Assembly: GCA_963810095.1 (NCBI GenBank)
Contig: CAWEMM010000006.1
Span: forward strand, 320,001 to 384,000
Reading direction: 5' to 3'
Length of the DNA: 64,000 nt
DNA from: an uncultured Chloroflexia bacterium
Lineage (GTDB): Bacteria; Chloroflexota; Anaerolineae; CG2-30-64-16
In this document: positions 20,943-30,765 of the stretch, one piece after another
Numbering within the stretch: the first letter of the stretch is position 1
Layout of the letters: every line of letters starts with the position of its first letter
Notes under the pieces: model-generated
Databases searched by the model: none
Seen by the model: only the letters and a program-made list of their open reading frames with translations
What the model was told of the DNA's origin: nothing
Program-made: the position numbers and the translations under genes

Positions 20943-21836
20943 TCAATCGATGAGCGCGAGCTCGATGATCTGTTCCGTTGAGAACTCGTGCACCTGCAGA
21001 TAATAGCGCGCCACCTCTTCCAGCGCGCCGAGCGGAACCGGGCCGACGAGCTCGGTGCCGGCAATGGCAACGCCATAGCGAGCGGCCTCGGCCCGGATAG
21101 TCTCGAGCACGCGCGGAATAGGTGTCTTGGTGTAGTTGATGAGGTTCATCGAGACCTGGACCAGGTCTTTCCCCTCCAGCGCGAGGCCCATCGCCCGCAC
21201 GTACCTGTAGCCCCCGCTGACATGGCGCACTGCCTTGGCAATCCTGTCCGCGATGCTGACGTCGGTCGTGCGGAGGTTAACGTTGAAGGCAATCAGCGGG
21301 AAGCGGGCGCCGGTCACGAGTGCGCCCGACCGGGGGTTGAACGTTGCGGGCCCTTCGTCGGGCGCCCACTCGGGCTGCTGCAGCTTCGCCTCGAGCGCCT
21401 CGTACTCACCCTTGCGGATGTCGGGAAGGCTCTTGCGCTCGGGTCGCGTCGCCGCGTCCTCATAGTAATAGACCGGGACGCCAAGCTGGCCGACGAAGCG
21501 ACCCAACTGCCGGGCGATATCCACCGCCTCGGCCGGCTCCACGCCGCGCACGGGGATGAAGCCCGCGACGTCGACGGCACCCTGCCGGGGATGGCTCCCG
21601 TGATGCTCGCGCATGTCGATGAGCTCGTAGGCTTTCACGACAAGCCGCTGGGTCGCCTCCAGCACGTCCTCGGGCTCGCCCAGGTAAGTGAACACCGAGC
21701 GGTTGTGGTCGGGGTCGCTCGAGTAGTCGATGAGACGCACGCCGGCCACACTCCGCACCGCGTCGGCCACCTGCTCGACCACGTCTGGTTTGCGGCCCTC
21801 GCTGATGTTTGGCTCGCACAGGAGGATCCTCTTCAC
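20943..21836 (-). CDS. ftcD: Glutamate formiminotransferase (stand-alone FT domain)
   Basis: PNISEGR, DPDHNRSVFT, HPRQGAVDV, IRKGEYE, VQVSMNL; AAGGAG RBS with GTG start. Confidence 0.9.
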   Translation of the reverse strand: MKRILLCEPNISEGRKPDVVEQVADAVRSVAGVRLIDYSSDPDHNRSVFTYLGEPEDVLEATQRLVVKAYELIDMREHHGSHPRQGAVDVAGFIPVRGVEPAEAVDIARQLGRFVGQLGVPVYYYEDAATRPERKSLPDIRKGEYEALEAKLQQPEWAPDEGPATFNPRSGALVTGARFPLIAFNVNLRTTDVSIADRIAKAVRHVSGGYRYVRAMGLALEGKDLVQVSMNLINYTKTPIPRVLETIRAEAARYGVAIAGTELVGPVPLGALEEVARYYLQVHEFSTEQIIELALID

Positions 21837-22065
21837 TTGAGCTCCTTTCATCGCTGGTCGGGCGCCGCGTCACGAAGATCCCGCACGTGCGCGTTGCGGC
21901 TCACCGCGCTCATTGGAGTGGGCGACCGGCGCTTCACGCCGCTCGGCGAGTCACCGGCCGCGCCACTGCAATGCTGATGGCACTTGCCAGTTCTGTCAAG
22001 GAGGAACGGGTCGACCTGGCCACCCCGAGGGAGCACTCGGTCGCGCTCGCCGGCACCGTTTCCGC

Positions 22066-24086
22066 TTACGGCCGGGGGGCCATCGTCAGCGTGGCAAGCT
22101 GGCCCTGCGCGCCATCCTCCACCACCGCGACCAGCACATCGCCCGGGCGGACGACCGTCTCGCCCCGCGGGATGAAGATACGCCCCCGGCGCCGGATGGA
22201 CGCGATCAGGCAATCGGGCGGCCAGGGAATTTCGCGCATCTCGTGGTCCGCAGCGAGTGCGCCCGGCTGCACGGTAACCTCTACCGTGTGCGCGCCCGAG
22301 TACACACCCAACCGCACCTGCTCCTGCGTGTGCCGGGCAACGGCACGGCGGGTCGCGGCCAGGTCGTAGGCCCGGATAATGTCAGCCCGGCTCAGAATCC
22401 CCAGCAATTCGGCCGGATCGCCGCGGTTCACGACAGGGAGCCGGCCCACATCCCGGACGCTCATCCGCCGCAACGCCGCACCGATGGACTCATCTGCAAA
22501 GGCTGTCAGCAACTCACGCGTGCAGATCGCGGCCACGTGCGTGTCAAGCCCTGCGCCGCGCTCGTGGGCGCGCTGCAGGTCGCTCAGCGTCACGACGCCA
22601 ACCAGGCGGCCGCCGGTGTCGACCACGGGCATTCCGTGATGGTGCGTCAGTGCGAAGGCATGGTCCGCCTCCGCCAGTGTGGCAGATTCGACCAGGGTGT
22701 GCGCGACGGGCGACATGGCCTCGCGAACTGTCAGCGAATCCAACACGTCCACATCGCGACCGCGCTGCAGGCGAATGCCGTGCCGCGCCAACCCGACCAT
22801 GTAGACCGAGTCCGGACTGATGCGCCTCGAGATTGCAAGGCTGACTGCCACTGCGAAAAGCAAGGGTAGGATGATGCGGTAGTCATGGGTCATCTCGAAC
22901 AACAGGAGGACCGCAGTCAGCGGTGCGTGCACTGCGCCGGCCAAGACCGAAGCCATTCCCACCATGGCGAACGCGGGCGCCTGGATGCCGAGCCCCGGAA
23001 AGATGAATGCCGCGCCCCGCCGAAGACATAGCCAAGGGTGGCGCCGATGAACAAGGCCGGCGCGAACACGCCGCCGGGAAACCCCCCGCCGATGCTGACC
23101 GGCGTCAGGATCAGCTTGGCAAGCAGCAAGGCAAAGACGGTGGTTACCGCGATACCCCCGCCGCCGTTGAGCAGTCCGCCGATTACATCATAGCCAACGC
23201 CCAGCACGCCGGGCAGGAAGATGCCGACGATGCCGACGATGAGGCCGGCGATCGCGGGCTTGACCCAGACCGGGGTATGCACGCGCTCGCGAAACACGTC
23301 GCCCGAGAAGTAGAGCAGCTTCACATATAGTGCGGCGACGGGCCCGGCCACCAGGCCGAGCACGAGGTAAAGGGGCAGCTCCAGCACCGATTGAAAGGGA
23401 TAGGGCGGGACGGCAAAGGCGGGCTCGGGCCCCGACACCGCCTGTGTCAGAACGGCCGACGCGACGGCGGCGAGTGTGATAATGCCGAACGCGGCGCTAC
23501 TGATCTCGCCCAGTATGACCTCGAGGGCGAAGAAGAGGCCGGCAATGGGAGCATTGAATGCAGCTGCGATGCCTGCTGCTGCACCCGCGGCGACGAGCGC
23601 ACGCACTCGCTCGTCGGACAGGTGCAGCAACTGGCCAAACATGGAACCGAGGCTCGAGCCGACCTGTACCGAGGGGTCTTCCGGACCGACCGAGGCGCCG
23701 GTCCCGATTGCGAGGGCCGCGCCGGCAACCTTGTAGGGCGTGCGGGTATAGCGCAGCCGGCCTCCGGCCAACGCGGTGACCTCGATGATGCCGGCTACGC
23801 CGTGGTGACGCTCGTGGCCCACAAAGCGGTGCATCAGGAGCCCGACAAGAAGGCCCCCGAAGGCGGGGATGAGGGCCAGCGCCCATGGACCGATATGACT
23901 GAGCGCCGCGCCAATCTCCTGGTACGCCGCCGTGTAGACAAGCTCGATCAGCCGCTTGAAGAGCCAGACGCCGCCCGCGGCCAGCAACCCGACCAAGACC
24001 GCCGCACCACCGAACACCGCGGACTCGGGTGGCTGGTGCACGTCGAGCCAACGCCGAACTGCGCCCCACATCCCAAACCCCCACAC
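22066..24086 (-). CDS. ClC-family chloride channel/antiporter with CBS pair and TrkA-C domain (frameshift near 23010)
   Basis: GASVGPEDPSVQ, AAAFNAPIAG, GGVFAPALFIG, HAPLTAVLLLFEMT, CBS domains, RRGRIFIPRGET. Confidence 0.9.
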
Positions 24087-24171
24087 GGGGTCATGTTACT
24101 GCCGGTGGCCCATTTGTGCAGTAAGGGGCAAAACAAAAGGGCCGGTTCCACCTTGGCATGCCGCCGCCGCT

Positions 24172-24609
24172 TTATTGCGGCGTGCCCGCCCAGGGGATGC
24201 AGAGCCGCTGGCCGACATAGATCCGGTTGTAGTTCTTGATCCCGTTGTTCCACGCCAGCCGCCATACCGTCACGCCGTAACGGCTGGCGATCTTAGCCAG
24301 GGTGTCGCCCGCCCGCACCGTGTACTTCGTGCGGCACGTCTGCCCAGGCGGGAACGTGGGAGGAACCGTCTCGGTGGGAATCCAGAGGTAGGTGCCCGCC
24401 CAGATCCGGTTGATGCTCGCCAGCCCGTTAACGGCAGCCAGGCCGTCCACCGTCACGCCAAACTTGTGTGCGATAGAAGCCAGCGTATCGCCGGGCTTCA
24501 CCAGGTACCAGAAACCGCCGCCTTGTGGCGACGCCGCAGACGCGGCCGCCGGCAGAGCCAGCGCGAAGACGACGACGAACACGGTTGCCACCAGAAGCTT
24601 GCGCCGCAT
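24172..24609 (-). CDS. Secreted protein with two LysM domains
   Basis: Signal peptide; YLVKPGDTLASIA and YTVRAGDTLAKIA..IYVGQRLCIP. Confidence 0.9.
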   Translation of the reverse strand: MRRKLLVATVFVVVFALALPAAASAASPQGGGFWYLVKPGDTLASIAHKFGVTVDGLAAVNGLASINRIWAGTYLWIPTETVPPTFPPGQTCRTKYTVRAGDTLAKIASRYGVTVWRLAWNNGIKNYNRIYVGQRLCIPWAGTPQ

Positions 24610-24726
24610 GTGAGCCTCCTTGTGAGCGGACGTCCAAACTACACCATACACCCATTTTCGCGTATAATCAACGGGCTTTCTCGGCGCCTGAGAGTGTCTA
24701 TCATCAGCCCATCACGAGGTCTACGC

Positions 24727-25194
24727 ATGAGCGACGAACCCACCTTCGACATCGAAGCCGCGCACCGCTACTTCTCCACAGAGTGCTTCAATCGCGCCTG
24801 GGATCTGATCGACCAGGAAGAGCGAACGCCTGCCGAAGAAGATGAGATGCTCAACCTGAGCCTTGCCTCGCTGTGGCACTGGACGCAACGGCCTGACTGC
24901 AGCGACAAGGAGCTGTCACTCGGCTACTGGCAAGTTTCGCGCATCTACGCCATTACCGGCCGGCCGGAAAATGCCGTCTGGTACGCGGAACGCTGCCTGG
25001 AGGTTACCGAGGGCGCGGAGCTGCCGCCGTTCTACCTGGGCTATGCCTACGAGGCACTGGCCCGCGCGGCGATGGCGGGGCGGAACAAGCGGCAGGCGAT
25101 GGAGTATATCGTCCAGGCCCGGGCGCTGGCCGAGCAGGAAACGAGCGAAGAGGACAAGCAGCTGCTTCTCGACGAACTCGCGACAATCCTCTAG
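24727..25194 (+). CDS. Conserved hypothetical helical protein
   Basis: GAGG RBS; AHRYFSTECFNRAWDLI..ASLWHW..GYWQVSRIYA..YAYEALARA. Confidence 0.8.
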   Translation: MSDEPTFDIEAAHRYFSTECFNRAWDLIDQEERTPAEEDEMLNLSLASLWHWTQRPDCSDKELSLGYWQVSRIYAITGRPENAVWYAERCLEVTEGAELPPFYLGYAYEALARAAMAGRNKRQAMEYIVQARALAEQETSEEDKQLLLDELATIL

Positions 25195-25292
25195 CCCCTA
25201 AAGAAACGCCGACCGGTTGCCGGCCGGCGTCGGTATCCTGACCCTTCTCTGCTCGTGCCACTCGGCGAGGTGCACTCAACCCCCGAAGGAGC

Positions 25293-26612
25293 GTGCTGGT
25301 CATGCGTTCAGTGAACAACCCGATGTCCGGCGGTGAGCCGCGCCGGCCGGACCTATCCGGTCTGGCAGCATTCATGGCTCTTCTCTCCGTTACGTTCGGC
25401 GCGCTCCATTTCGTCCGCCTGCGCTCGCCGGGCGGAACGAAGTTCCTCGTCCCGCGTGTGATGGCCGGCGCACTTTCGCCCGTGTGGGCCGCGTTCGGGC
25501 TCCTCGCCGCGCTGTCTGCGCTCTGGGCCCGGCGGCCCTGGATCGCGATCTCCGGCCTGGCCGGCGCACTGGCCTCGCTTTCCTACATTCGCCGCATTGC
25601 CGCGGTGACACCCCCTGCGCCCGAGCCATACGCGCTGCTCCCGCGAAATGCGCCGCAGGTGACGCGTGACCTGGTGTTCCACATCACGACCCAACCGGAC
25701 AGCTGCGGGCGCGGGCCTCGGCCGCTGTACTGCGACCTCTGGCAGCCGGCGCCCGGCGGCGCGCGGTCGCGGATTGGGGTCGTCTACCTCCACGGCAGCG
25801 CGTGGTATCTGGGCGACAAAGCCCAAATGACCGACCCGATGCTCGGGCTCTGGAGCAGCCAGGGGCACGTGGTCATGGACGTTGCCTATCGCATGTGCCC
25901 CGAGACCGACCTCCGGGGCATGGTTGCAGACGCGTGGACCGCGGTGGCGTGGCTGAAGGATCGCTCGGGGGAATATGGGATCGACCCGGACAAGGTCGTC
26001 ATCTCGGGCACGTCGGCGGGTGGGCACATCGCGCTGCTCGCGGCCTACACCGCAGAAGAGGCGGCGCACGTCGCACCGGAATTGGCGGGACGCGATGTGT
26101 CCGTTGCGGGCGTATTCACGATGAGTGCGCCCGTCGATATGACCTCGATGCTGGCGTATCATCCGGACATGGGAGCGAGCGCGCACCCGCAGCCGGGCAC
26201 CGGCTATGATCCGCTCACCGACCTCGACCCGGTGGTCCCGCCTCAGCCCGGCGCCCCCCGGCGCGCACGGATGCGCTGGCAGCGTGCGCAGGCGCGCCGG
26301 CTCTCAGGGCTCGTCCGCGACCTGCTGGGCGGCGGGCCGGACGAGGCACCCGAAATGTTCGAGTTTGCCACGGTGAAGACACACGTGCGCGCCGGCCTCC
26401 CCGCCACGCTGCTCATCCAGGGCGACCAGGATGTACTTGTGCCCGTTGAGCCGACGCGCGAGCTGTACTGGCAGTTGCAAACTAACGGCGTGCGGGCGGC
26501 CTATCTCGAGCTGCCGCAAACCGACCACGCCTTCGAGATCGCCGCGCCGCAGATCTCGCCGCCCGCACGGGCAGCCGGTATCGCGATCCAGCGGTTTTTG
26601 GCCGAACTGTAG
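25293..26612 (+). CDS. Membrane-anchored alpha/beta hydrolase (esterase/lipase)
   Basis: N-terminal TMs, YLHGSAW, nucleophile GTSAGGH, QGDQD, TDHAF. Confidence 0.85.
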   Translation: MLVMRSVNNPMSGGEPRRPDLSGLAAFMALLSVTFGALHFVRLRSPGGTKFLVPRVMAGALSPVWAAFGLLAALSALWARRPWIAISGLAGALASLSYIRRIAAVTPPAPEPYALLPRNAPQVTRDLVFHITTQPDSCGRGPRPLYCDLWQPAPGGARSRIGVVYLHGSAWYLGDKAQMTDPMLGLWSSQGHVVMDVAYRMCPETDLRGMVADAWTAVAWLKDRSGEYGIDPDKVVISGTSAGGHIALLAAYTAEEAAHVAPELAGRDVSVAGVFTMSAPVDMTSMLAYHPDMGASAHPQPGTGYDPLTDLDPVVPPQPGAPRRARMRWQRAQARRLSGLVRDLLGGGPDEAPEMFEFATVKTHVRAGLPATLLIQGDQDVLVPVEPTRELYWQLQTNGVRAAYLELPQTDHAFEIAAPQISPPARAAGIAIQRFLAEL

Positions 26613-26638
26613 CCCGGCGCCAAAGTCGGCGGAGACAC

Positions 26639-26683
26639 AAAAAAGGCGGCGAAGACACCCAAGAGGGTCTTCGCCGCCTTTCT
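26639..26683. terminator. Bidirectional intrinsic terminator between convergent genes
   Basis: aaaaggcggcgaagac..gtcttcgccgccttt hairpin with A/T tails. Confidence 0.8.
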
Positions 26684-26693
26684 GATCCTCAGA

Positions 26694-28082
26694 TCAGTTG
26701 TTGTTGCTCGGAGAGCCCGCCCTGTTCGGGGAGCCCGCCGGCCGCCTGACTGGCCCGTGCGCCGGTTGCGTCCGCGGCGCCGGCTGGTTGCGCGTGCCGC
26801 CGCCCAAAGGGGCATGAGGCTGCACCGGCTGGCGTGGGCCAGGCGTAGAGACAGGTGCAGCGGCGCCCTGGGCAGGCGCTCGCTTCGGCTGCGACCGCGG
26901 CTGTCGGGGTCCCCGCGCAAACTCGTCGCCGCTCGGCTTCTGCGCAGAATAGTCGAACCCCTTCAGCGTCCGGCGCTCGAGCCGCTGGCCCAACAATCTC
27001 TCGACCGCTCGCACGTCGGGTTCGTCCTCGATCGTAACCATGGTGTAGGCCTCGCCGGTCCGCTCGGCCCGGCCCGTCCGGCCGATGCGGTGCGTGTACG
27101 CCTCCGGCGTGTCCGGCATGTCATAGTTGATCACATGAGAAATGCTCAGCACGTCGATCCCGCGCGCGGCGATGTCGGTGGCGACCATGATCTGGTGTTC
27201 GCCCGAGCGGAACCCGTCGAGCGCAGCCTGGCGGCGGTTCTGCGACAGGTTGCCCTGCAGCGACGTCGCGCTGAACCCGGCGGCAGCCAATTGTTCGGCC
27301 ACCCGCTTGGCCCGGTGCTTGGTCTTGGTGAAGATGAGCACTGAGCCGTCGCCGAGCGTCGGCAGCAGCGCCTTCAGAAACGCGGTCTTGAGATGCTGCG
27401 GCACCGGGTAGAGCGCGTGCGAGACCGTCTCGGCCGGCGCGGGCTGACCGATCTGCACCGTCACGGGGTTTTTCAGAACGTCGCCGGCCAGCTTACGAAT
27501 GTCGTCGGGCATGGTGGCCGAAAACAGGAGCGTCTGGCGTTCTTGGGGCACAGCGCGCACGATGCGGCGCACGTCGGGCAGGAAGCCCATGTCAAACATG
27601 CGATCCGCCTCGTCGAGCACGAGCACCTCGATGCCGCTCAAATCCGCCGTTCCCTGGCCCACATGGTCCAGCAGGCGGCCCGGGCAGGCGACGACCACGT
27701 CGACCCCGTGCTCCAACGCCTGGACCTGGCCCGTCATGCCCACGCCGCCGTAGACCGCAACGCTGCGTACGCCGGCCCGTTTGCCAAGCGCGATGAATGA
27801 CTGGTGGATCTGCTCCGCCAGTTCGCGGGTTGGTGCGACGACGAGCACCCGCGGGCGCCGCGCGCGCGGTCCTTGCGCAGCGCGCGAACGCTCGAGGCGC
27901 TGCAGAATCGGCAATGCGAAGGCGGCGGTTTTGCCGGTGCCCGTCTGGGCCAGGCCCATGACGTCGCGGCCGGCCAGCACGTGAGGGATTGCCTGTTGCT
28001 GAATCGGAGTCGGCTCTTGATAGCCGAGCGCGTCGATGCCCGCCGCAATGCGCGGGCTGAAGTTAAAACCTGAAAATGTCAC
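26694..28082 (-). CDS. rhlE: DEAD-box RNA helicase, RhlE-like
   Basis: Q motif PTPIQ, AQTGTGKT, PTRELA, LDEADRM, SAT, ARGID, HRIGRTGR. Confidence 0.9.
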   Translation of the reverse strand: MTFSGFNFSPRIAAGIDALGYQEPTPIQQQAIPHVLAGRDVMGLAQTGTGKTAAFALPILQRLERSRAAQGPRARRPRVLVVAPTRELAEQIHQSFIALGKRAGVRSVAVYGGVGMTGQVQALEHGVDVVVACPGRLLDHVGQGTADLSGIEVLVLDEADRMFDMGFLPDVRRIVRAVPQERQTLLFSATMPDDIRKLAGDVLKNPVTVQIGQPAPAETVSHALYPVPQHLKTAFLKALLPTLGDGSVLIFTKTKHRAKRVAEQLAAAGFSATSLQGNLSQNRRQAALDGFRSGEHQIMVATDIAARGIDVLSISHVINYDMPDTPEAYTHRIGRTGRAERTGEAYTMVTIEDEPDVRAVERLLGQRLERRTLKGFDYSAQKPSGDEFARGPRQPRSQPKRAPAQGAAAPVSTPGPRQPVQPHAPLGGGTRNQPAPRTQPAHGPVRRPAGSPNRAGSPSNNN

Positions 28083-28235
28083 TGAGAGTCCTTCCCTGGC
28101 ATGTCTGAGCCAAGTCGCACTCTCAGCCCATCCTTTACACTTTTTGCGATTTCGTCTTGCTCCGGCGTTGGCTTTTCGGCAGTTCTGCCTCCAACCACAA
28201 GAGAAATGACGTCACCACTTCTTAAGATGGAATTA

Positions 28236-28306
28236 TTATAACCTAGATTAGCAGAAATAGCTAATCCAGCCCTGTCTTTTCCAACTACTTCACAAAGTGG
28301 TATACT
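28236..28306. promoter_or_regulatory. Divergent promoter region with operator-like palindrome
   Basis: Minus-strand TATAAT (about 28236-28241); palindrome ctagattagc-N7-gctaatccag (28243-28269); plus-strand TGgTATACT (28298-28306). Confidence 0.5.
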
Positions 28307-28376
28307 GGTTGCGGATCGCACCGCCCCACCCATCGGCCTACCAACCACCTGTGCAGCAAGGAGCCACCGTCCGATC

Positions 28377-29135
28377 ATGCAAGATCCAATTCTCGAGCAA
28401 GTTGTCGCGCTCTCCAATGAACTCGGCCGGCCCGAATTCGACTACGTCATCCTGGGTGAGGGCAACACCTCAGCCCGCGCCGACGATACGACCTTTTATG
28501 TCAAAGGTTCGGGCACCCAGCTCCGAACCATTACCGGCGCCGGATTTGCCCACGTCGCATTCAAGCCGGTGCTGGCGCTGGTCGAACGGCAGGGCTTGAC
28601 GGATGCCGACGTGAAGACCGCGCTCGCCGCGGCGAAGGTGGACCCGGCCCAGGGGCCGCACCCATCCGTCGAGACGCTGCTGCACACGCTGTGCCTCCAG
28701 CTCCCCGGCATCAACTTCATCGGCCACACCCACGCAACTGCGGTCAACATGCTGACCTGCTCCGTCGGGTTCGAGCAAGCGTTCGCCGGACGCCTCTTCC
28801 CGGATGAGATCGTCTTGTGCGGCCCGGCCCCGGTCCTGGTGCCCTACACCGACCCCGGCGTGCCCCTTGCCCTCGAAGTATGGCGGCGCATCGAAGCGTA
28901 TCTGGCGAAGTATGGCGAACAGCCGAGGATGATCCTGATGCAGAACCACGGGCTGATCGTCCTGGGCCGCACGCCCCAGCAGGTGCTCGACGTCACCGCG
29001 ATGGCCGTCAAGACCGCCCGGGTGCTCCTCGGCACGTTCGCGGCCGGCGGCCCACGTTTCCTTTCCGACGCGGACGTCAACCGGATCCACACCCGTCCGG
29101 ACGAGCTCTATCGCCGGCAGCAGTTGAAAGTGTAG
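28377..29135 (+). CDS. Class II aldolase/adducin family protein
   Basis: GEGNTS, VKGSG, PSVETLLH, GHTH, MQNHGL. Confidence 0.9.
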   Translation: MQDPILEQVVALSNELGRPEFDYVILGEGNTSARADDTTFYVKGSGTQLRTITGAGFAHVAFKPVLALVERQGLTDADVKTALAAAKVDPAQGPHPSVETLLHTLCLQLPGINFIGHTHATAVNMLTCSVGFEQAFAGRLFPDEIVLCGPAPVLVPYTDPGVPLALEVWRRIEAYLAKYGEQPRMILMQNHGLIVLGRTPQQVLDVTAMAVKTARVLLGTFAAGGPRFLSDADVNRIHTRPDELYRRQQLKV

Positions 29136-29143
29136 GAGAGACC

Positions 29144-29965
29144 ATGTTAGAAGCCCCCTATCCCGAGTTGAATGAGCTCCTGGTTTTGATCGGCGAAGCT
29201 GGGAGCCGCATGTCGGAAATCGAAGCAACCGAGGGCGCGGCGGGTAACATCTCGCTGTACATCGGCTGGCCCCTTGACCCCCGGCGCACCTTCCCCAACG
29301 TGGAGACGATTGACCTGCCGGATGCGATCCCCGAGCTTGCCGGCAAGGCGTTCCTGATCACCGGTTCGGGCCGGCGCCTACGCGAGATTATCGACAACCC
29401 GGCGGCCAACTTGGGGTACCTGTTGGTGGACGAAGGCGGCCAGACCGGCCAACTGCACACCGCACCCAGCCGGCTTTTCGAGAAGCTGACGAGCGAGTTC
29501 AACTCGCACCTGGCCGTGCACCGCGACCAGGTCCGGCTGACGGGCACCAACTTCCACGCCGTGCTGCACGCCCAGCCGCCGCATTTGACCTATCTCAGCC
29601 ACATCCCCCGCTACCGGGACGAGAAGTATCTGAACCAGCACATCCTGCGCTGGGAGCCGGAGACGATCGTCAACCTGCCGGAGGGCATCGGTATGATCCC
29701 GTTCAAGCTGCCCGGCTCGGCCGAGCTGATGGCGTCGACGGTGCAGTCGTTGCGGACGCATCGCATCGTGCTCTGGGCGAAGCACGGCGTAGTGGCGCGG
29801 TCAGACGTCTCGGTCAAGCGTGCGTCCGATCGCATTGAGTATGCGGAAACCGGCGCTCGCTACGAATACATGAATCTCACCAACCGGGAAGCCGGCGAAG
29901 GGCTAACCGTCGAGGAAATCCGCACCATCTGCGCGGCTTTCAACGTGCAGCAGGCGATTTACTAA
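29144..29965 (+). CDS. Class II aldolase, rhamnulose-1-phosphate aldolase-like
   Basis: EGAAGNIS, ITGSG, TSEFNSHL, LHAQP, WEPET, LWAKHGVV. Confidence 0.85.
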   Translation: MLEAPYPELNELLVLIGEAGSRMSEIEATEGAAGNISLYIGWPLDPRRTFPNVETIDLPDAIPELAGKAFLITGSGRRLREIIDNPAANLGYLLVDEGGQTGQLHTAPSRLFEKLTSEFNSHLAVHRDQVRLTGTNFHAVLHAQPPHLTYLSHIPRYRDEKYLNQHILRWEPETIVNLPEGIGMIPFKLPGSAELMASTVQSLRTHRIVLWAKHGVVARSDVSVKRASDRIEYAETGARYEYMNLTNREAGEGLTVEEIRTICAAFNVQQAIY

Positions 29966-29989
29966 ACGAAAGCTGCATGAACTCGCTGC

Positions 29990-30033
29990 CAGACCGTCGG
30001 GCTCGGAGACCCCGAAGGTCGCCAGGTGCGCAG
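29990..30033. repeat. Palindromic repeat family B copy (inverted relative to 10059)
   Basis: Reverse complement ctgcgcacctggcgaccttcggggtctccgagc versus ctgcgacctggagacctgcgaggtctccgagg. Confidence 0.6.
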
Positions 30034-30146
30034 CTCACGACGGGACGTTTGGAAGCTTCTGTCGCCGCCCCAGCCACCACGACCAACAGGGCGAACGAAA
30101 CTCCTCAGTGCTTCACTGAACTTCTCCCCGGGGAGCCGGCTGCTGC

Positions 30147-30668
30147 TCAGCCCGCGCCGACGGGCTCGACCACAATTTCGACATTATTCGCCGGCGCGCC
30201 GCGGGTCAGCACAGGGTTCATTGTGGTGCTGATCCACCTTAGCTTGCCGTCGACTGTGATACGCGCGCTGACCGCGTAGGTCATTCGCGGGTCGATGGCC
30301 GACGGATCATAACCGAGCGAATAAGGGATCGGGACTTGCTTGCCCTGCGTCTCGATCGTCTGCGAGGCTACGAGTATTGCAGGCGCATCGGCGCGCGAAA
30401 CATCTTGGAGCTTGACCTCGACCACCGCATTTGACGGCAACGCGATGCGCTGACGATACGTCACAGTGCCGGTGATCGCGGTCATAGCCGGCCCAGGGAC
30501 GGGCGTCGGGGTTTGCATTCTCTCAGTCATCAATTCACTTGCTCCGGCGGCGGTGCTATCCCGTCCGGGAAAGACGGGTGGGAGGGCCGTACAGCCTGCG
30601 GCAACGCCGAGGACGACCAGCAAAAGGGCATAGACGGTACGGTATCGCGGATGGGAACGCATCAACAC
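30147..30668 (-). CDS. YbaY/YscW family lipoprotein
   Basis: Lipobox AAGC; ITGTVTYRQRIALP, VKLQDVSRADAPA, KQVPIPY, YAVSARI. Confidence 0.9.
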   Translation of the reverse strand: MLMRSHPRYRTVYALLLVVLGVAAGCTALPPVFPGRDSTAAGASELMTERMQTPTPVPGPAMTAITGTVTYRQRIALPSNAVVEVKLQDVSRADAPAILVASQTIETQGKQVPIPYSLGYDPSAIDPRMTYAVSARITVDGKLRWISTTMNPVLTRGAPANNVEIVVEPVGAG

Positions 30669-30765
30669 TCCTCCCTTAAGCTACAGGGCGCGGAAATCTC
30701 TCCCGCTGTCAATCAGTGGGCGGCCTGGACACACGTTATACAGAAGCGAGACAGGACTCTGTAAC

